Shown: positions 10,161-23,098 of the stretch, one piece after another | Layout: each line of letters opens with the position of its first letter | Numbering within the stretch: position 1 is the stretch's first letter | DNA from: Octopus sinensis | Taxonomy: Eukaryota | Reading direction: 5' to 3' | DNA: 41,186 nt | NCBI RefSeq assembly: GCF_006345805.1 | Contig: NW_021835275.1 | Coordinates: 1 to 41,186, forward strand | Notes under the pieces: generated by a model | What the model was told of the DNA's origin: nothing | The model's input: the letters and a program-made list of their open reading frames with translations, nothing else | Database searches by the model: none | Made by a program: the position numbers and the translations under genes

Positions 10161-10704
10161 CATTGTCTTTGTAAGAGAGCTACCCTATCAGACAAAAAAT
10201 ATTTATATTTAAAAACACCATTAAAAATCTTACAAATAACGTCTATAAAAGACATCATTAAAAAAAAACCTTTCTTCCGAAAATCGCAGCATATAAAAAG
10301 AAATAAAAATTTTATCTCCTTCCCCACTCCGTCTTTCTAGTTTTTTTCCCCTTCATCGCTATATACCTCCTCTCTCTCCTCCTTCTCACTATTCTGTCTC
10401 TATTTTCCTTTTGTCGTCATCTCTGTGTTTTATTTGTCTCTTTTCTTCTTCTCTTTCTCTCTTTCTATGCTTGTTTTGTCTTTCTGTCTGCCAGCATGTC
10501 TGCCTGTCTGTCGTTTAGTCTCTATATTTGCGCTCCTGTGCCTCTGTGTCTCTTTCGCTCTTATTCTCTCCAGATTATTCTCTATGTCTGTCTCTTGGTC
10601 TGTTTGTCTATCTCTCAGACCGTCTACCTGACTGTCTATACTTCCGCCTTCATCTTTCTCTCTCTACCTTTCTCTCTCTCTACCTCTCTCTACATCACTT
10701 CTTG

Positions 10705-10854
10705 TATGTATGTATGTATGTATGTATGTAGGTAGGTATGTATGTATGTATGTATTATGTATGTATGTATGTATGCATGTATGTATTATGTATGTATGTA
10801 TGTATGTAGGTATGTATGTATGTATGTAGGTATGTATGTAGGTATGTATGTAGG

Positions 10855-10885
<31 letters not shown>

Positions 10886-11325
10886 GTATGTATTATGTAT
10901 GTGTATGTATGTATGTATGTATTATGTATGTATGTATGTATGTATCATGTATGTATGTATGTATGTATGTAGGTATGTATGTAGGTATGTATGTATGTAT
11001 CATGTATGTATGTATGTATGTATGTATGTATGTATGTATGTATGTATGTATGTATGTATGTATGTATGTATGTATGTATGTATCTATCTATCTATCTATC
11101 ATTTACCCTTCCTCCTTTCCACTTCTCTGTGTCTGTTAATCCTCTCGTCTTCATCTCTGTCTCTCTCTAACTCTCTTTCTTCACTTCCTTTTCTCTCTAC
11201 TTTCACCCTTTCTCTCTCTCATTACCTCCCATACTCCTTTATTTACTCTCAGTATCTCTCTGCCTGTATTCTGCCAGTTTATACTTTTTTGTGTGGGACA
11301 TTCCCTTTCTGACTCTTTCAACGTG

Positions 11326-11408
<83 letters not shown>

Positions 11409-11410
11409 CC
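10705..11410. repeat. (GTAT)n array (10705-11100) and (CT)n (11327-11410)
   Basis: Directly visible. Confidence 0.95.
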
Positions 11411-11490
11411 TTGACTTTCACTCTCTTTCTCTGACTCTCCCAACATTTTTCTCTTAGTCTATTTACCTCTTAATATTTTTTCTTTCTAAT

Positions 11491-11695
11491 GCAGCGAGCT
11501 GGCAGAAATGTTAGCACCCCGAGCGAAATGCTTAGCCGTATTTCGTCTGTCGTTACGTTCTGAGTTCAAATTCCGCCGAGGTCGACTTTGCCTTTCATCC
11601 TTTCGGGGTCGATAAATTATGTACTGGGATCGATCCAATCGACTGACTCCCTCCCCAAAAATTGCGAGTCTTGTGCGTAGAGCAGAAAAGAATAT
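11491..11695 (+). mobile_element. tRNA-derived SINE, family B
   Basis: GCAGCGAGCTGGCAGAA...TTCTGAGTTCAAATTCCGCCGAGGTCGACTTTGCCTTTCATCCTTTCGGGGTCGATAAATT is shared with 29925, 30974 (minus) and 32476. Confidence 0.88.
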
Positions 11696-12329
11696 TTTCT
11701 TTTTCGCATTCCCTATTCCTTAATTTTTTCCCCACTAAAAAAAACACACCTAACTCTTTTATCTGGTAATCTCTAATTTCTTCCACTCTATTTCCCCTCC
11801 ATTCTCTCCCCCTCTCCCTCCTTAAACTGCACCATTGCTCTCCCCCCATTCCATCCCCTGCATCTATGTACTAATATTCCTGTTACCTTATTGGTAAATC
11901 TGCACAGCAACATATTGGCGCAGTAACAGACAGGCTGCAACTTTTAACTAACCCGCCTGCCCTTCCCCTCCACCACAACCGCCACACGCTGCACACTATC
12001 TTCTTCTTTTCCGTTTGTATTATTTATATTATTAAATGACAACAACAAGAATAACAACAACAACAACAACAACAACAGCAGCAAAAACACTTATACAAAA
12101 ACAGGAAAACAAACACAACAAAAAAAAAACAAAAACAAAACAAAAACAAATGTCTCCATCACATTCTATTTAACTCCACGAAGAAGAGGTTCGGAAAGAA
12201 GAAGGAGGGGCCGGAAGGAGTAAAAAAAAAAGAGGATGATGAAGAGGAGGAGGGAGAAGAGGAGAAAAAAATTAGAAGACTAAATAAGACATCTTAGTGG
12301 AAATTCAAGTCACATATCAAGATTTCCTG

Positions 12330-12517
12330 TTGTTTTTATTATTGTTATAGTTGTTATCATTTTCGTGGTTGTTGTAATTATGGATGTTCTTGGTGCTAAT
12401 ATTGTTGTTGTTGTTGTTGTTGTTGTTGCTGCTGCTGCTGTAGTTAATCGTCCTCTGATTGCGTTATATTTTGTTGCCGTTATTGTTTGTGTAGATGTTG
12501 ATTTAAGTGTCTGTACG

Positions 12518-12550
<33 letters not shown>

Positions 12551-12620
12551 CGATGTTGCCGATGCTGTTCTTTTCGTCCATCAATCGTCATTATTCTTTG
12601 TCTTAATTTTAACGATGCTT

Positions 12621-12651
<31 letters not shown>

Positions 12652-12779
12652 CCACCACCAACACCACCACCACAGAAGCGGAAATATTATCAACAACAAA
12701 CAACAACAAAATCAACAACAGAAGTTGGAACAACATCATCTCTACAATCATTATTATCATCACCATCATCATCATCATT

Positions 12780-12813
<34 letters not shown>

Positions 12814-12990
12814 GTATCATCATCGTCATCATCATCATCATCGTTGTCGACATCATCTTCATCATCGTCATCATCATCTTCTTCTTCTTCTTCTTCTTCT
12901 TCTTCTTCTTCTTCTTCTTCTCCTTCCCCGTCCCCGTCCCCGTCCCCCTCCTCCTTCTTCCCTTCCTCCTCGTCCTCACCTTTTCCTTCT
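12330..12990. repeat. Triplet microsatellite mosaic (GTT, GCT, CAT, CAA, CTT, CCT)
   Basis: Directly visible; explains the overlapping homopolymer ORFs. Confidence 0.9.
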
Positions 12991-13189
12991 CTTATCTTTG
13001 TTCCAGCCTTTTTGTTGGTTTCTTTTTTCTCTACTCACTGACTGACATATTATACTTTCCATGTCATACCCATAACTGTGCAGCAATGCGCCTCCCACAC
13101 CGTGCCCCAAATATGCAACAACATTGCAACATTCTGCACCCACCCACTCATTATACGCACACTGACATATACTGCAGCGACTGCCACAC

Positions 13190-13850
13190 ATAGATACATA
13201 CATACATATGTATATACATACACATGCATACATACATGCTTATATACTTACATACATATTGACATGCATACATATATACGTGCATATATGCATACATACA
13301 CATATAATATACATGTATACATGCACATATGTTTACATACGTACTGACATACATACATACATGTATACATACACACATACATAAATACCTACACATACCT
13401 ACTTATATACATACACACATGGACATACATGCATACATATACAGATGCATATATATATACATATATATTTACTTACATACATACATACACACACATGCAC
13501 ATACATACATTCATAAGTGCATACACATACATACGTACATACATACATACATACATACATACATACATACATACATACATGTATACATACACACATACAA
13601 AAATACCTACACATACCTACTTATATAATACACACATGGACATACATGCATACATATACAGATGCATATATATATACATATATATTTACTTACATATATA
13701 CATACACACACATGCACATACATACATTCATAAGTGCAAGCACATACATACTTACATACATACATGCATGCATCCGTACATACGCTTACATACAAACACA
13801 CACACTTGCGCACATACGTACATTCATCTATAAAGTATACATACACACTG
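13190..13850. repeat. Degenerate (ACAT)n field with a 218-bp tandem duplication
   Basis: AATACCTACACATACCTACTTATA...TTCATAAGTGCA occurs at about 13384 and again at about 13602. Confidence 0.85.
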
Positions 13851-14079
13851 CAGTACACATCTGTAACGCTATACTCTAAATATCATTTCCAAAATGCCTC
13901 ATTGCTCTTTATGCAACTTACATGCATTCAAAATTTCCCCCTCAAAAAACACAAATACTTCAACACGGCATCCCTTACATTATATTGGCCAGGATACGGT
14001 AATGCATTACTTGGCTTACTAAACCCGTTTGCGCCATATTTTCTGCAGCAACGGTCTAATTTTGGTAAATGATATCCTT

Positions 14080-14310
14080 TATTCTTTATCTTTTATGTCA
14101 GTCATACGACTGCGGCCATGCTGGAACACCACTTTGGAGAATTTGTTTTTTCTCAAATAAATTGATCCCAATAATTATTTTGCTGTTAAGCCTGATACTT
14201 ATTCTATCTACACGTTTACTGAACCGCTAAGTTACGTATACGTAGACACATCAACAGCGGCTGTCAAGCGGTAGCGGAGGATAAGCACAAATACGAAAAC
14301 AGAGACGCAT
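14080..14310 (-). mobile_element. SINE family A, right half (diverged)
   Basis: GACTGCGGCCATGCTGGA...GAACCGCTAAGTTACG...TGTCAAGCG. Confidence 0.75.
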
Positions 14311-14331
14311 ATATATATATATATATATATA

Positions 14332-14726
14332 TTCTTTTACTTGTTTCATTTGACTGCGAACATGCTGCAGCTCTGCCTTGAAGGATTTTAATCGAACAAA
14401 ACGACCTCAGTGATTATTCCTTAAGCCTAGTACTTATTGTATCGATACTTTTGCCGAACCTGTAAGTTACAGGTACGTAAACACGCCAACAGCGGTTGTC
14501 AATCGCTGATGGTGGGGATAAACACAGACACAAAGGCACACACACACACACACACACACATACGACGGATTTCTTTCAGTTCCCGTCTTCTAAATCGACT
14601 CACAAGGCTTTCGTCATTCCGAGGCTATAGTAGAAGAGTTCTGCAGAAAATGCCACACAGTAGGACTTAACCTGGAGCCATGTGGCTGGGAGCCAATCTT
14701 CTTACCATACAGCAACGTCTGCGCCT
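14332..14726 (-). mobile_element. SINE family A, near full length (diverged)
   Basis: The tail TTTTACTTGTTTCA, the body and the head CTTACCATACAGC..TGCGCCT are all recognisable. Confidence 0.8.
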
Positions 14727-15130
14727 TTATGTTTCTTTGTTTGTTTTTTTTAAATAATTTTTGCGCTCATTCTTGTTCTAGTTTATTAAGAACTGAAGAA
14801 ATTCATCAAAATACAATTACATCCGTTTATCATGGACATGTCTCTGAATTTCTTTAGTGAAGAGTCATTCCTGCTCTGTGAGTATATTTAAAAAGTCACA
14901 GTATTGTAACTGTACTGATACATTTATGTATTACATGGGTATCGAAGGTGATTCCTACAGTTCAAAACGAATGCGACGGGAAGCATTAGCGACATCCTTG
15001 TTACACAAAGTGTTCAGCAATATTTTCTACGTTCGTTACTTCGATCTAAACAATGAACTGACGTATACACCATAATCTGTATTGTGTATTTTACACAGAA
15101 TACCAGGTTATCACGCTTCACAAAATAGAT

Positions 15131-15545
15131 ATAGGCATGGATAATGGTTAAGTAGTTCACTTGGTAATCATGAGTTCTGATTTCGATCCTTCTGCGTGTT
15201 ATCTTTCATCAATCACTTAGGTTAGAATTTAATACTAAAAGCAGTGTTGGACAGATGAAACTACAGCAGTCTATCGAATGGATTGTCCTTATAATTCAAA
15301 GGGAAATTTCGGTTACGCACTTTGTTACGCCGGTGATTTTGTCTTTTATGTTTAACATGTTTTTCTTTCTTCCATTTGACTGCGGCCACGTTGGGGCACC
15401 ACCTAGAATGATTTTAGTCGAATAAATCGATACCAGTTTGCTTTTTAAAGCCTCGTATTTATATAATCTGTTCTTTTACTGAACCGATAGGTTACGGGGG
15501 GGGGGTAAAAAGACACCGGTTATCAAGTGGTTGTGAGTGCGTCAA
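15131..15545. mobile_element. Degraded SINE family A fragments: plus-strand head about 15131-15270, minus-strand right half about 15350-15545
   Basis: TTTGACTGCGGCCACG...TGAACCGATAGGTTACGGGG; the head is only weakly similar. Confidence 0.5.
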
Positions 15546-15864
15546 GAACTCACATGATGCGCACACATTCATATACATATATGCATGCATACACACATGC
15601 ACACATGCACGTTTGTATGAACATATATATTTAGGTACATATAGATTACTTTGGTCGAGTCAGTCTCATGCTATTGGAGTTTCACTTGTGGATGAAGATC
15701 CTCTGAACCCAGGATGAAATTCAGAGTAGCAACAGACTAACTGGACCAAAATAAAATTTGTTAATTTCTACATTGGTTCTGAGTATGCATATATATACAA
15801 TATTATATATTTATAAATTCCTGTGCTTACAAAATATCGAGGTCTCATTCATTATTTTGTTGTC

Positions 15865-15865
15865 A

Positions 15866-15933
<68 letters not shown>

Positions 15934-15944
15934 TCTCATTATTT

Positions 15945-15975
<31 letters not shown>
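15865..15975. repeat. (TTA)n followed by (TA)n microsatellite
   Basis: Directly visible. Confidence 0.95.
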
Positions 15976-15976
<1 letters not shown>

Positions 15977-16447
15977 AAATACAAAAAGGAGACAAGAATG
16001 CAAAACATTCAGAGAGTTAGGTGATACAAAAAAGAGATAACAAAACATCCAGACAGACGAGACAAAGAAAACAAGGACGGGTCATTCGGAATTTTCTTTC
16101 CTCAGTCGAGTTCCAGATTATCTTTGCAATTTCGGCTGGTTATACTCGAGATTGCTCCAATCTGGCTAGCCCCAAGAAAAACTAAGCTAAGAGCATTAGA
16201 TTCCTTGGAAGAAAGCAGCGAATGTATACGAAAACAAAGACGGAATAAAACGGAGAAATGTTACACAAATGCAAAAGCAAGAAAGAAAGGTCAGGCTTGT
16301 AATTACCATTGGCTGACCTTCAAGAATTCACCGGACATACAGTTGACGAACTTACATGAACATATACATCGTTCTATATAGGTTTACATATATGCATACG
16401 CATATGTAGTTTCATAAGTGTACTCTACTATGTTCTTATACATGGGC

Positions 16448-16495
<48 letters not shown>

Positions 16496-17164
16496 ATATT
16501 ATAATACATGTATTAGACATGGCCTGGACCTATACTGGCCGAAACTTAGTAAAGTTATATATTGTTGTATTTCGGGATAGTCATTTTTTTTGCCAAATAC
16601 ACACGCACTATATATTTTTTCTTCACGCGTTTATTACTATTTTTTTTTTATTATTTTAACTCATGTCCATTGACAGGAAATCTGTGATCCCTTCACCGAC
16701 ACTTTTCATTTTCGTGTGTGTTTTTGCTCCACTTACTCCATTCTCTTCTTCTAAGATGCGTATCGTTAAATGCGCATGCGTTTGTGTCCTTGATTGTGTG
16801 TATGCGTATGTGTGTGTGCTTGTGTGAGTGTCATAGTTTTAGCAGCAGTGTGGCCTTCCCCTCCGCTCCATCCTCTCATCCCCATGTGCCGCTACTGTCC
16901 TAAGACCCGAAAAACATATATAGTACAATTCCTGTATTCCTCTGTGTGTGTTCGCCTACGGTATTGCCATTGTGGTAGTCGTTGTTGTTAATGCCATCGT
17001 TGGTACCACCGCTGCTGCTGAGCGTGTCATTTGTGTTGTTGACGTTGTTATGGCCGTCCATCAAGTTTCATGTCTGTGTGTGTATGGGTTCGCTTCGTAT
17101 GTATCCATGCCCTTTATATAGTGCTACTTATTTATTTTGTTTGTCTTTGTCTTACATTTATCAT

Positions 17165-17322
17165 AGGTGCAGGAGTGGCTTGCTTACCAACCACATGGTC
17201 CCCGGGTTCAGTCCCACTGCGTGGCACCTTGGGTAAGTGTCTTCTACTATAGCCTCGGGCCTACCAAAGCCTTGTGAGTGGATTTAGTAGACGGAAACTG
17301 AAAGAAGCCCGTTGTTTATATG

Positions 17323-17355
<33 letters not shown>

Positions 17356-17576
17356 ATGTTTGTGTGTCTGTGTTTGTCCCCCTAGCATTGTTTGACAACC
17401 GATGATGGTGTGTTTATGTCTCCGTCACTTAGTGGATCGGCAAAAGAGACTGATAGAATAAGTACTGGGCTTACAAAGAATGAGTCCCGGGGTCGAGTTG
17501 CTCGACTAAAAGCGGTGCTTCAGCATGGCCGCAGTCAACTGACTGAAACAAGTAAAAGAGTAAAGAGTAAAAGAGA
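17165..17576 (+). mobile_element. SINE family A, full length with a short deletion in the head
   Basis: AGGTGCAGGAGTGGCTTGCTTACC lacks the GTGTGGTAAGTAG segment; body and (AGTAAA)n tail are intact. Confidence 0.9.
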
Positions 17577-17873
17577 GGTATGTGACAGATATATTTATAT
17601 ACTTATTTATTTATCTATTTATATATTTATTTTGTAACATTTTTTGCGAGTTGAATCGTATGTAACCCAAAAGCCTTGAAACTGAGCTTCAATAGCGGTT
17701 ATTCAGAGAAAAGGTCTCAAAAAATCTCACATATAAAAAAAATTAAAATAGCAAATAGGAAAAAATCGAAAAGCAGAAAACGTGAATGCAGTGTGTGTGC
17801 GCGCGCGCGTATGTGGTGTATGTGTGTGCATATTACCTGCTTGAGTGTGTGTGTGTGTGCGTATATATATTTG

Positions 17874-17907
<34 letters not shown>

Positions 17908-18531
17908 TATATAATATATATATTATATATATATATATTGATATGCATATATATGTGTTGTGTGTGTATGTGTGTTTGTATGTTAGATTGCTGCTTAAAG
18001 GAAAGAATGTGTTAAGTGCTTCAGTGAGTTGGCCTTCATCAAGGTAAAGCTTTCCTTCGAGGAAGGACAAATTTTTGGAACATTTAAAGACTTTTAATTT
18101 CTTTCTTGCAGCGTAAAACTAAAACTAGTTAATGCGTATTGTTTGCTGCTTGTATTATTAAAAGGAATTTTTCCTTTTATTCTTGAGATCTTTTTAAAAA
18201 AAGCACAAAAAAAACAAACAAATTGTCTCTGTGTACCATACGCAACACATAAAAAGTAATTTACTGGAGACTGTCACATCGTAGCCGAGATTAGCGGTCC
18301 ACACAACGGACCGTGTTTATGCAAGACAAGTCTCCCACAGACCGGGGTATCAGGCGTGTAACAAAACTCAATAAAGCGTATGATATATAATCTTATTATC
18401 ACTTGTGTAATACATTTGTATAACATATATAATACATACATAATATATACATACAATAATATACAGATATAATATAATAAATACAATAATATACATATAT
18501 AATATAATACATACACCTTCCAATTAACGAC

Positions 18532-18702
18532 AGGTGCAGGAGTGGCTGCGTGGTAAGTATCTTGCTTACCGGGTTCAGTCCCACTGCGTGGCACCTTGGG
18601 CAAGTGTCTTCTACTATAGCCTCGGGACGACCAATGCCTTCTAAGTGGATTTGGTGCCCGGAAAATTAAAAAGAAGCCCGTCGTATATATATATATATAT
18701 AT

Positions 18703-18751
<49 letters not shown>

Positions 18752-18756
18752 ATATA

Positions 18757-18797
<41 letters not shown>

Positions 18798-19025
18798 CAT
18801 ATATATATGTATGTGTGTATGTATGTATGTATATATTTGTGTGTGTGTCTGTGTTTTTCCCTCCACCATCACTTGGCAACCGATGTTGGTGTGTGTACGT
18901 CCCCGTAAATTAGCGGGATAGAATGAATAACAGGCTTACAAAGAACAAGTCCTGGGGTCGATTTGTTCGACTAAAGTCGGTGCTTCAGCATGGCCGCAGT
19001 CGAATGACTGAAACAAGCAAAATAA
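18532..19025 (+). mobile_element. SINE family A with expanded internal microsatellite
   Basis: Head at 18532, TA/TG tract 18683-18845, tail GGTGCTTCAGCATGGCCGCAGTC...CTGAAACAAG. Confidence 0.88.
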
Positions 19026-19454
19026 TAAAACAATAAAACAATATATATATATATACATACATACATACATACATACATATAAATATTAAGATGTGTGTGT
19101 TTACGTATTCCTTGGTGCATGTGCATCTTTTATCATTAAGACCCCCAGGAAGACAGAGGAGGCACAAAGAGAGAGCGAGAGAAAGAGAAAAAGAGGGAGA
19201 AAGAGAGTACCAACGATATCTGGGGAAGGAAATAGTGATTAAGAGAGTTACATGCATGGATCGGTAACTCGGTGTATGTATGTGCATGTAAAAGCATGTG
19301 TGTATGATTAGGCATGTATGTAAGTATGCATGTATTTATGTATGTATGTTCTTTTCTAATTTTAAGTATTCGAAGTTTTTATGTAAAGCAAGAGCTGGTT
19401 TCTAACAAAGATATAGTGCTTCACTGTTAGAGTGCCGACAGTGAATCTAAATTC

Positions 19455-20190
19455 ATACATTAAAATGGAGAAAGACATGCACATTTTATTTGTTCCACTT
19501 ACAGATTGTATCTATAGTGTGTGAGTCAGTTGGTCAATTTTTTCTTCTGAATCACCCGAGTTTTTCCAACTTGTCATTTAGATATTTACCAATCAATACA
19601 AGTGCAGCAATTATTATTGCTATTATCTGATTATAGAAACTGCAAGTTTCGAAGCAGTTGTTTGAATTTATTCTGTCTCTCTTTGATTTTCGGAGAGATA
19701 TTCTCATCAGCAAGGCAGCTGACTTTTAAGAATGTACATGCAATTTCTTGTCTCCCCGAAACAACACTATCCAGCATGTTATGCTTGCACTTGCTACAGG
19801 TTTTCATGGCAATCTTCCTCCAGTATTCATTGTTGATATTTGTGGATGTTTTCAATATATCTATATTTATTTCATGACGCTCTTCTGGACTATATTTATC
19901 TCATGACAGTCTCTATTTTGGATGGTACTGTATACTGTTTTAGCTACAACGTTGTGTCGCATTGGGAGGCTGTACTTTGATGATACTTCTGGGCTGTTGC
20001 TGATCACATGTGCGATGTCTTCCATAGAAATGTCACATAATCGACATTTTGGTTGCATCTTGGGGCTCAAAGAGCTTCACTCTCTTTTGTTCATGAGGTA
20101 AGGCTTAATAATTTAATGTTCTTGGATTGCAAACGCGTGACGTAGAGATCACGAGTCCAAGAGAGACTGCACTTTGTGTCGACATTACTT
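19455..20190 (-). mobile_element. Decayed non-LTR retrotransposon C-terminus with zinc knuckle and restriction-like (REL) endonuclease, R4/NeSL-type
   Basis: Minus-strand translation across stops gives FAIQEH*...KCRLCDISMEDIAHVISNSP (degenerate CCHC), RHNVVAKTVY, EYWRKIAMKT..KHNMLD....LKVSCLADENISPKIKER (degenerate PD..E/D-K region), and IIIAALV...IQSVSGTNKMC. Confidence 0.8.
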
Positions 20191-20356
20191 AGCATGTATA
20201 TGATGAGTATGCATGTATAAATGTATCTCTGTCTATATAACTATATATGATACAAAATATTTGCGTACGTATTTATGTATATTGTACGTGTATTCATTGA
20301 TGTGGAGGTAAGTATGACATACATATATTCATGAGTCTATGCAATTGGTGCACATG

Positions 20357-20418
<62 letters not shown>

Positions 20419-20989
20419 ATATATGATGTACGTATATATGCGTGTATATAAGTTTGTATTTTATGTTGTCATCTATGGATGTTATACATGCATATTTTTA
20501 TATACGTATTTTTCCGCTACCTGTAATATTTGCATGTGTGTAAATGTATGTGTGTGCGTGCATATATATACATACACACACACATACACATATACATATG
20601 TGTGTGTTCCTGAATTCATGTATATATGTATGTAATGCATGCATCTGTATATATTCATTTGAATTTATACATTTTCAGAGGTGACTTCACAACCATCAGT
20701 TACATGCATGTGTGTATGCATGTATATGTGTACGTGTGGGTATGTATGTCTTTATGTGTGCATGTGTGTGGTCGTGTGTGGCCGTGTGTATGTATGTGTA
20801 AGAAAATGATCTTGTATATGTGTATGTATATACAATTGTACATTCGTAGATGCACGTACGTTTGTGTGCGTGTGCGTGTGTGTGTATGTTAAATCTCTAA
20901 ATTTGATGGAAACACAGCAGTTAAACATAGGAAAATGTGATCACCTCAGTTTAACATGTAATTTACATGTTAAACGTGTAAACCCGATC

Positions 20990-21470
20990 AAACAACAACA
21001 GCAACATCAACAGCCACAACAACAACAATAATAACACAAACAGCAAAAATTGCAACATGCTACATGAAAAGAATAACAATAAAAATAATAACCACAACAG
21101 CAACAATACCAACAACCATCAGAAATAATAACAGCGACAACAATAACCACGACAGCATGAATGACAACGTACAGCAAACAGCAGTGACAACAACAACAAC
21201 AACAACAGCAGCAGCAGCAGCAACAACGATAATAAAAACAGTTTAAATAACAATATAAAGCATTAAAAAAGCGAGGACAGTTAAGAACAAGAACGACAAG
21301 AGTGGCAGCAACAATAATGAAAATAATAACAAAAATAATATTAACGCTAACAACAACAAAAAAAAAACAATATATATCAAGTGCAGCAAAGTAGTTGCAG
21401 CAGCAGCAGCAGCATAAGTAGCAGCAACAACAATAATAATAACAACAACAACAACAAGACAGTGTTGTAA
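20990..21470. repeat. (ACA/GCA/ATA)n triplet mosaic
   Basis: Directly visible. Confidence 0.85.
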
Positions 21471-21739
21471 ACAAGAGCATGAGCCAGAAACGGCTTTGAA
21501 ACTTTATCACAAGCTATTGGCAAACTAAATGACTTGGATGAGAAATTCCATCGGTCTTATTATTGTTATTAACAACCCTTTTCTACAGAACACACCGCCA
21601 ATGCCACCATGACTAACGCCACCAAATCGCCCCCATCCCTCACTACCACCACCACCACCACCACAACCGCCATCACCACCAGCAATACAACTGCTGCCAC
21701 CATTACCCCCAACGCAACCGTCACGACCACCATGACCAT

Positions 21740-21915
21740 TTAGACGGTGGTTAATTTAGGTACCCGTAACATTAGCGGTTCGGCAATACAGACGGTTAGA
21801 AAATGTACCAGGTTCAAAATACATCAGTACTGGGGGCTATTCGTTCGGCTAAAATCTCTTTAAGGCGATGTCCCAGTATAGCCACATCCCTATGACTGAA
21901 ACAGGAAAGAGATAA
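21740..21915 (+). mobile_element. SINE family A, right half (degraded)
   Basis: CCCGTAACATTAGCGGTTCGGCAA...GGCGATGTCCCAGTATAGCC...GACTGAAACAGG. Confidence 0.65.
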
Positions 21916-22367
21916 ATATTCGAGCTTTGGCACGCCAAAGTATGAAATGTTCGGCCTTTGAGCCATTTTGTTGCTTCTGCTAAATATTTATAAAAATTCA
22001 CATACACTTATATTTTGAATTCTAGAGATTTCCTCATAGCTAAGTTACTTGTTGCCAGATCAGTGACTAGGTGTAATTAATTTTCTATATATTGCGAGCT
22101 AGACCGAACTACTGCTACCTCTAGCGGACAGGTATCCAGCACCGAGGATTAGCACAAAGAGGTCGAAACAGCACGGGATGGTGGGCTCGTGGCTTGAAGA
22201 TGGTAGGGATTCATTCTCTTGTTTGCTATATATATCGAGTGCAGATTGTAACGATATATACAATCTGGAAGAGGTGTCCTCCGGTGGTTAGACTAGTTGT
22301 AACGTCGGTTTTTACGGAACGACCATGCTGGAGTGGCGATAAACTTAACTTCTCAGTATAGTTAATA

Positions 22368-22433
22368 CTTTCATCTCTTAGACAGATTTTTTTAACTATA
22401 GCGAGTTAAAAAAATCTGTATAAGAGATGAAAG
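22368..22433. repeat. 66-bp hairpin: 30-bp arms, 6-nt loop, one mismatch
   Basis: CTTTCATCTCTTAGACAGATTTTTTTAACT-ATAGCG-AGTTAAAAAAATCTGTATAAGAGATGAAAG. Confidence 0.9.
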
Positions 22434-23027
22434 GCCTAGTTGAAGGCCCAACCTTCCGCTTTCTTTTACAGGACTTTTACAGGACCGCTGCAACAATTGC
22501 GTTAATTTGAGAGCGGAATATGTTGAATAAAATCATAACTGATCCTCTTGCATTTTCTTTTACCCAAAGCCAGGAACTTTTCAGCACTCCCTCGTGTGTG
22601 TATACATACATATATGTGTATGTGTGCGTGTGTGTGTTTATATGTGTATGTGTGAGTGTGTGTGTGTATACATATATGCATACATACATACATACAAATA
22701 TATAACATAAATTGTTTTAATGGTGGCATTCTAAGTAGATAAAGCTATACGTACTGGCATATAGAATATTAGGTTTAAAAAGCCTGATTGGACAGAAAAG
22801 GCTGGAGGATTCGAACTCACATTTGCTGTAAATATGAGAAACGTGCTACCAATTTGAAATAGGAAGCCTTAGTACTGTCTCCATCCATTTTGTATGCTTT
22901 GTTATTATGTCGTAAACAATGCGTGTACACACACACACATATATATATACGTATAAATATATATACATATATATATCTGTATGTGTATATATGTATGTAT
23001 AGATATATACACACATAAATATTTATA

Positions 23028-23098
<71 letters not shown>

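Noticed and set aside
12365-13193. 226-aa and 228-aa ORFs with poly-H/Q/I/V tracts resembling transcription-factor low-complexity regions
   Set aside because: All frames on both strands are open because of the triplet mosaic; there is no non-repetitive domain or splice signal.
15990-16440. Complex sequence with short ORFs (e.g. 16124-16381), probably an interspersed repeat
   Set aside because: Single copy in this window with no recognisable protein motif; I cannot classify it without a database.
18272-18414. 143-bp TG...CA segment with AATAAA and the small hairpin CGGTCC-ACACAAC-GGACCG, considered as a solo LTR
   Set aside because: The flanks (GGAGAC / TTTGT) give no TSD, the terminal inverted match is only 3-4 bp, and there is no second copy.
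20949-20975. 27-bp palindrome GTTTAACATGTAA-T-TTACATGTTAAAC
   Set aside because: Short and AT-rich with no associated feature; could arise by local template switching. Not enough to interpret.
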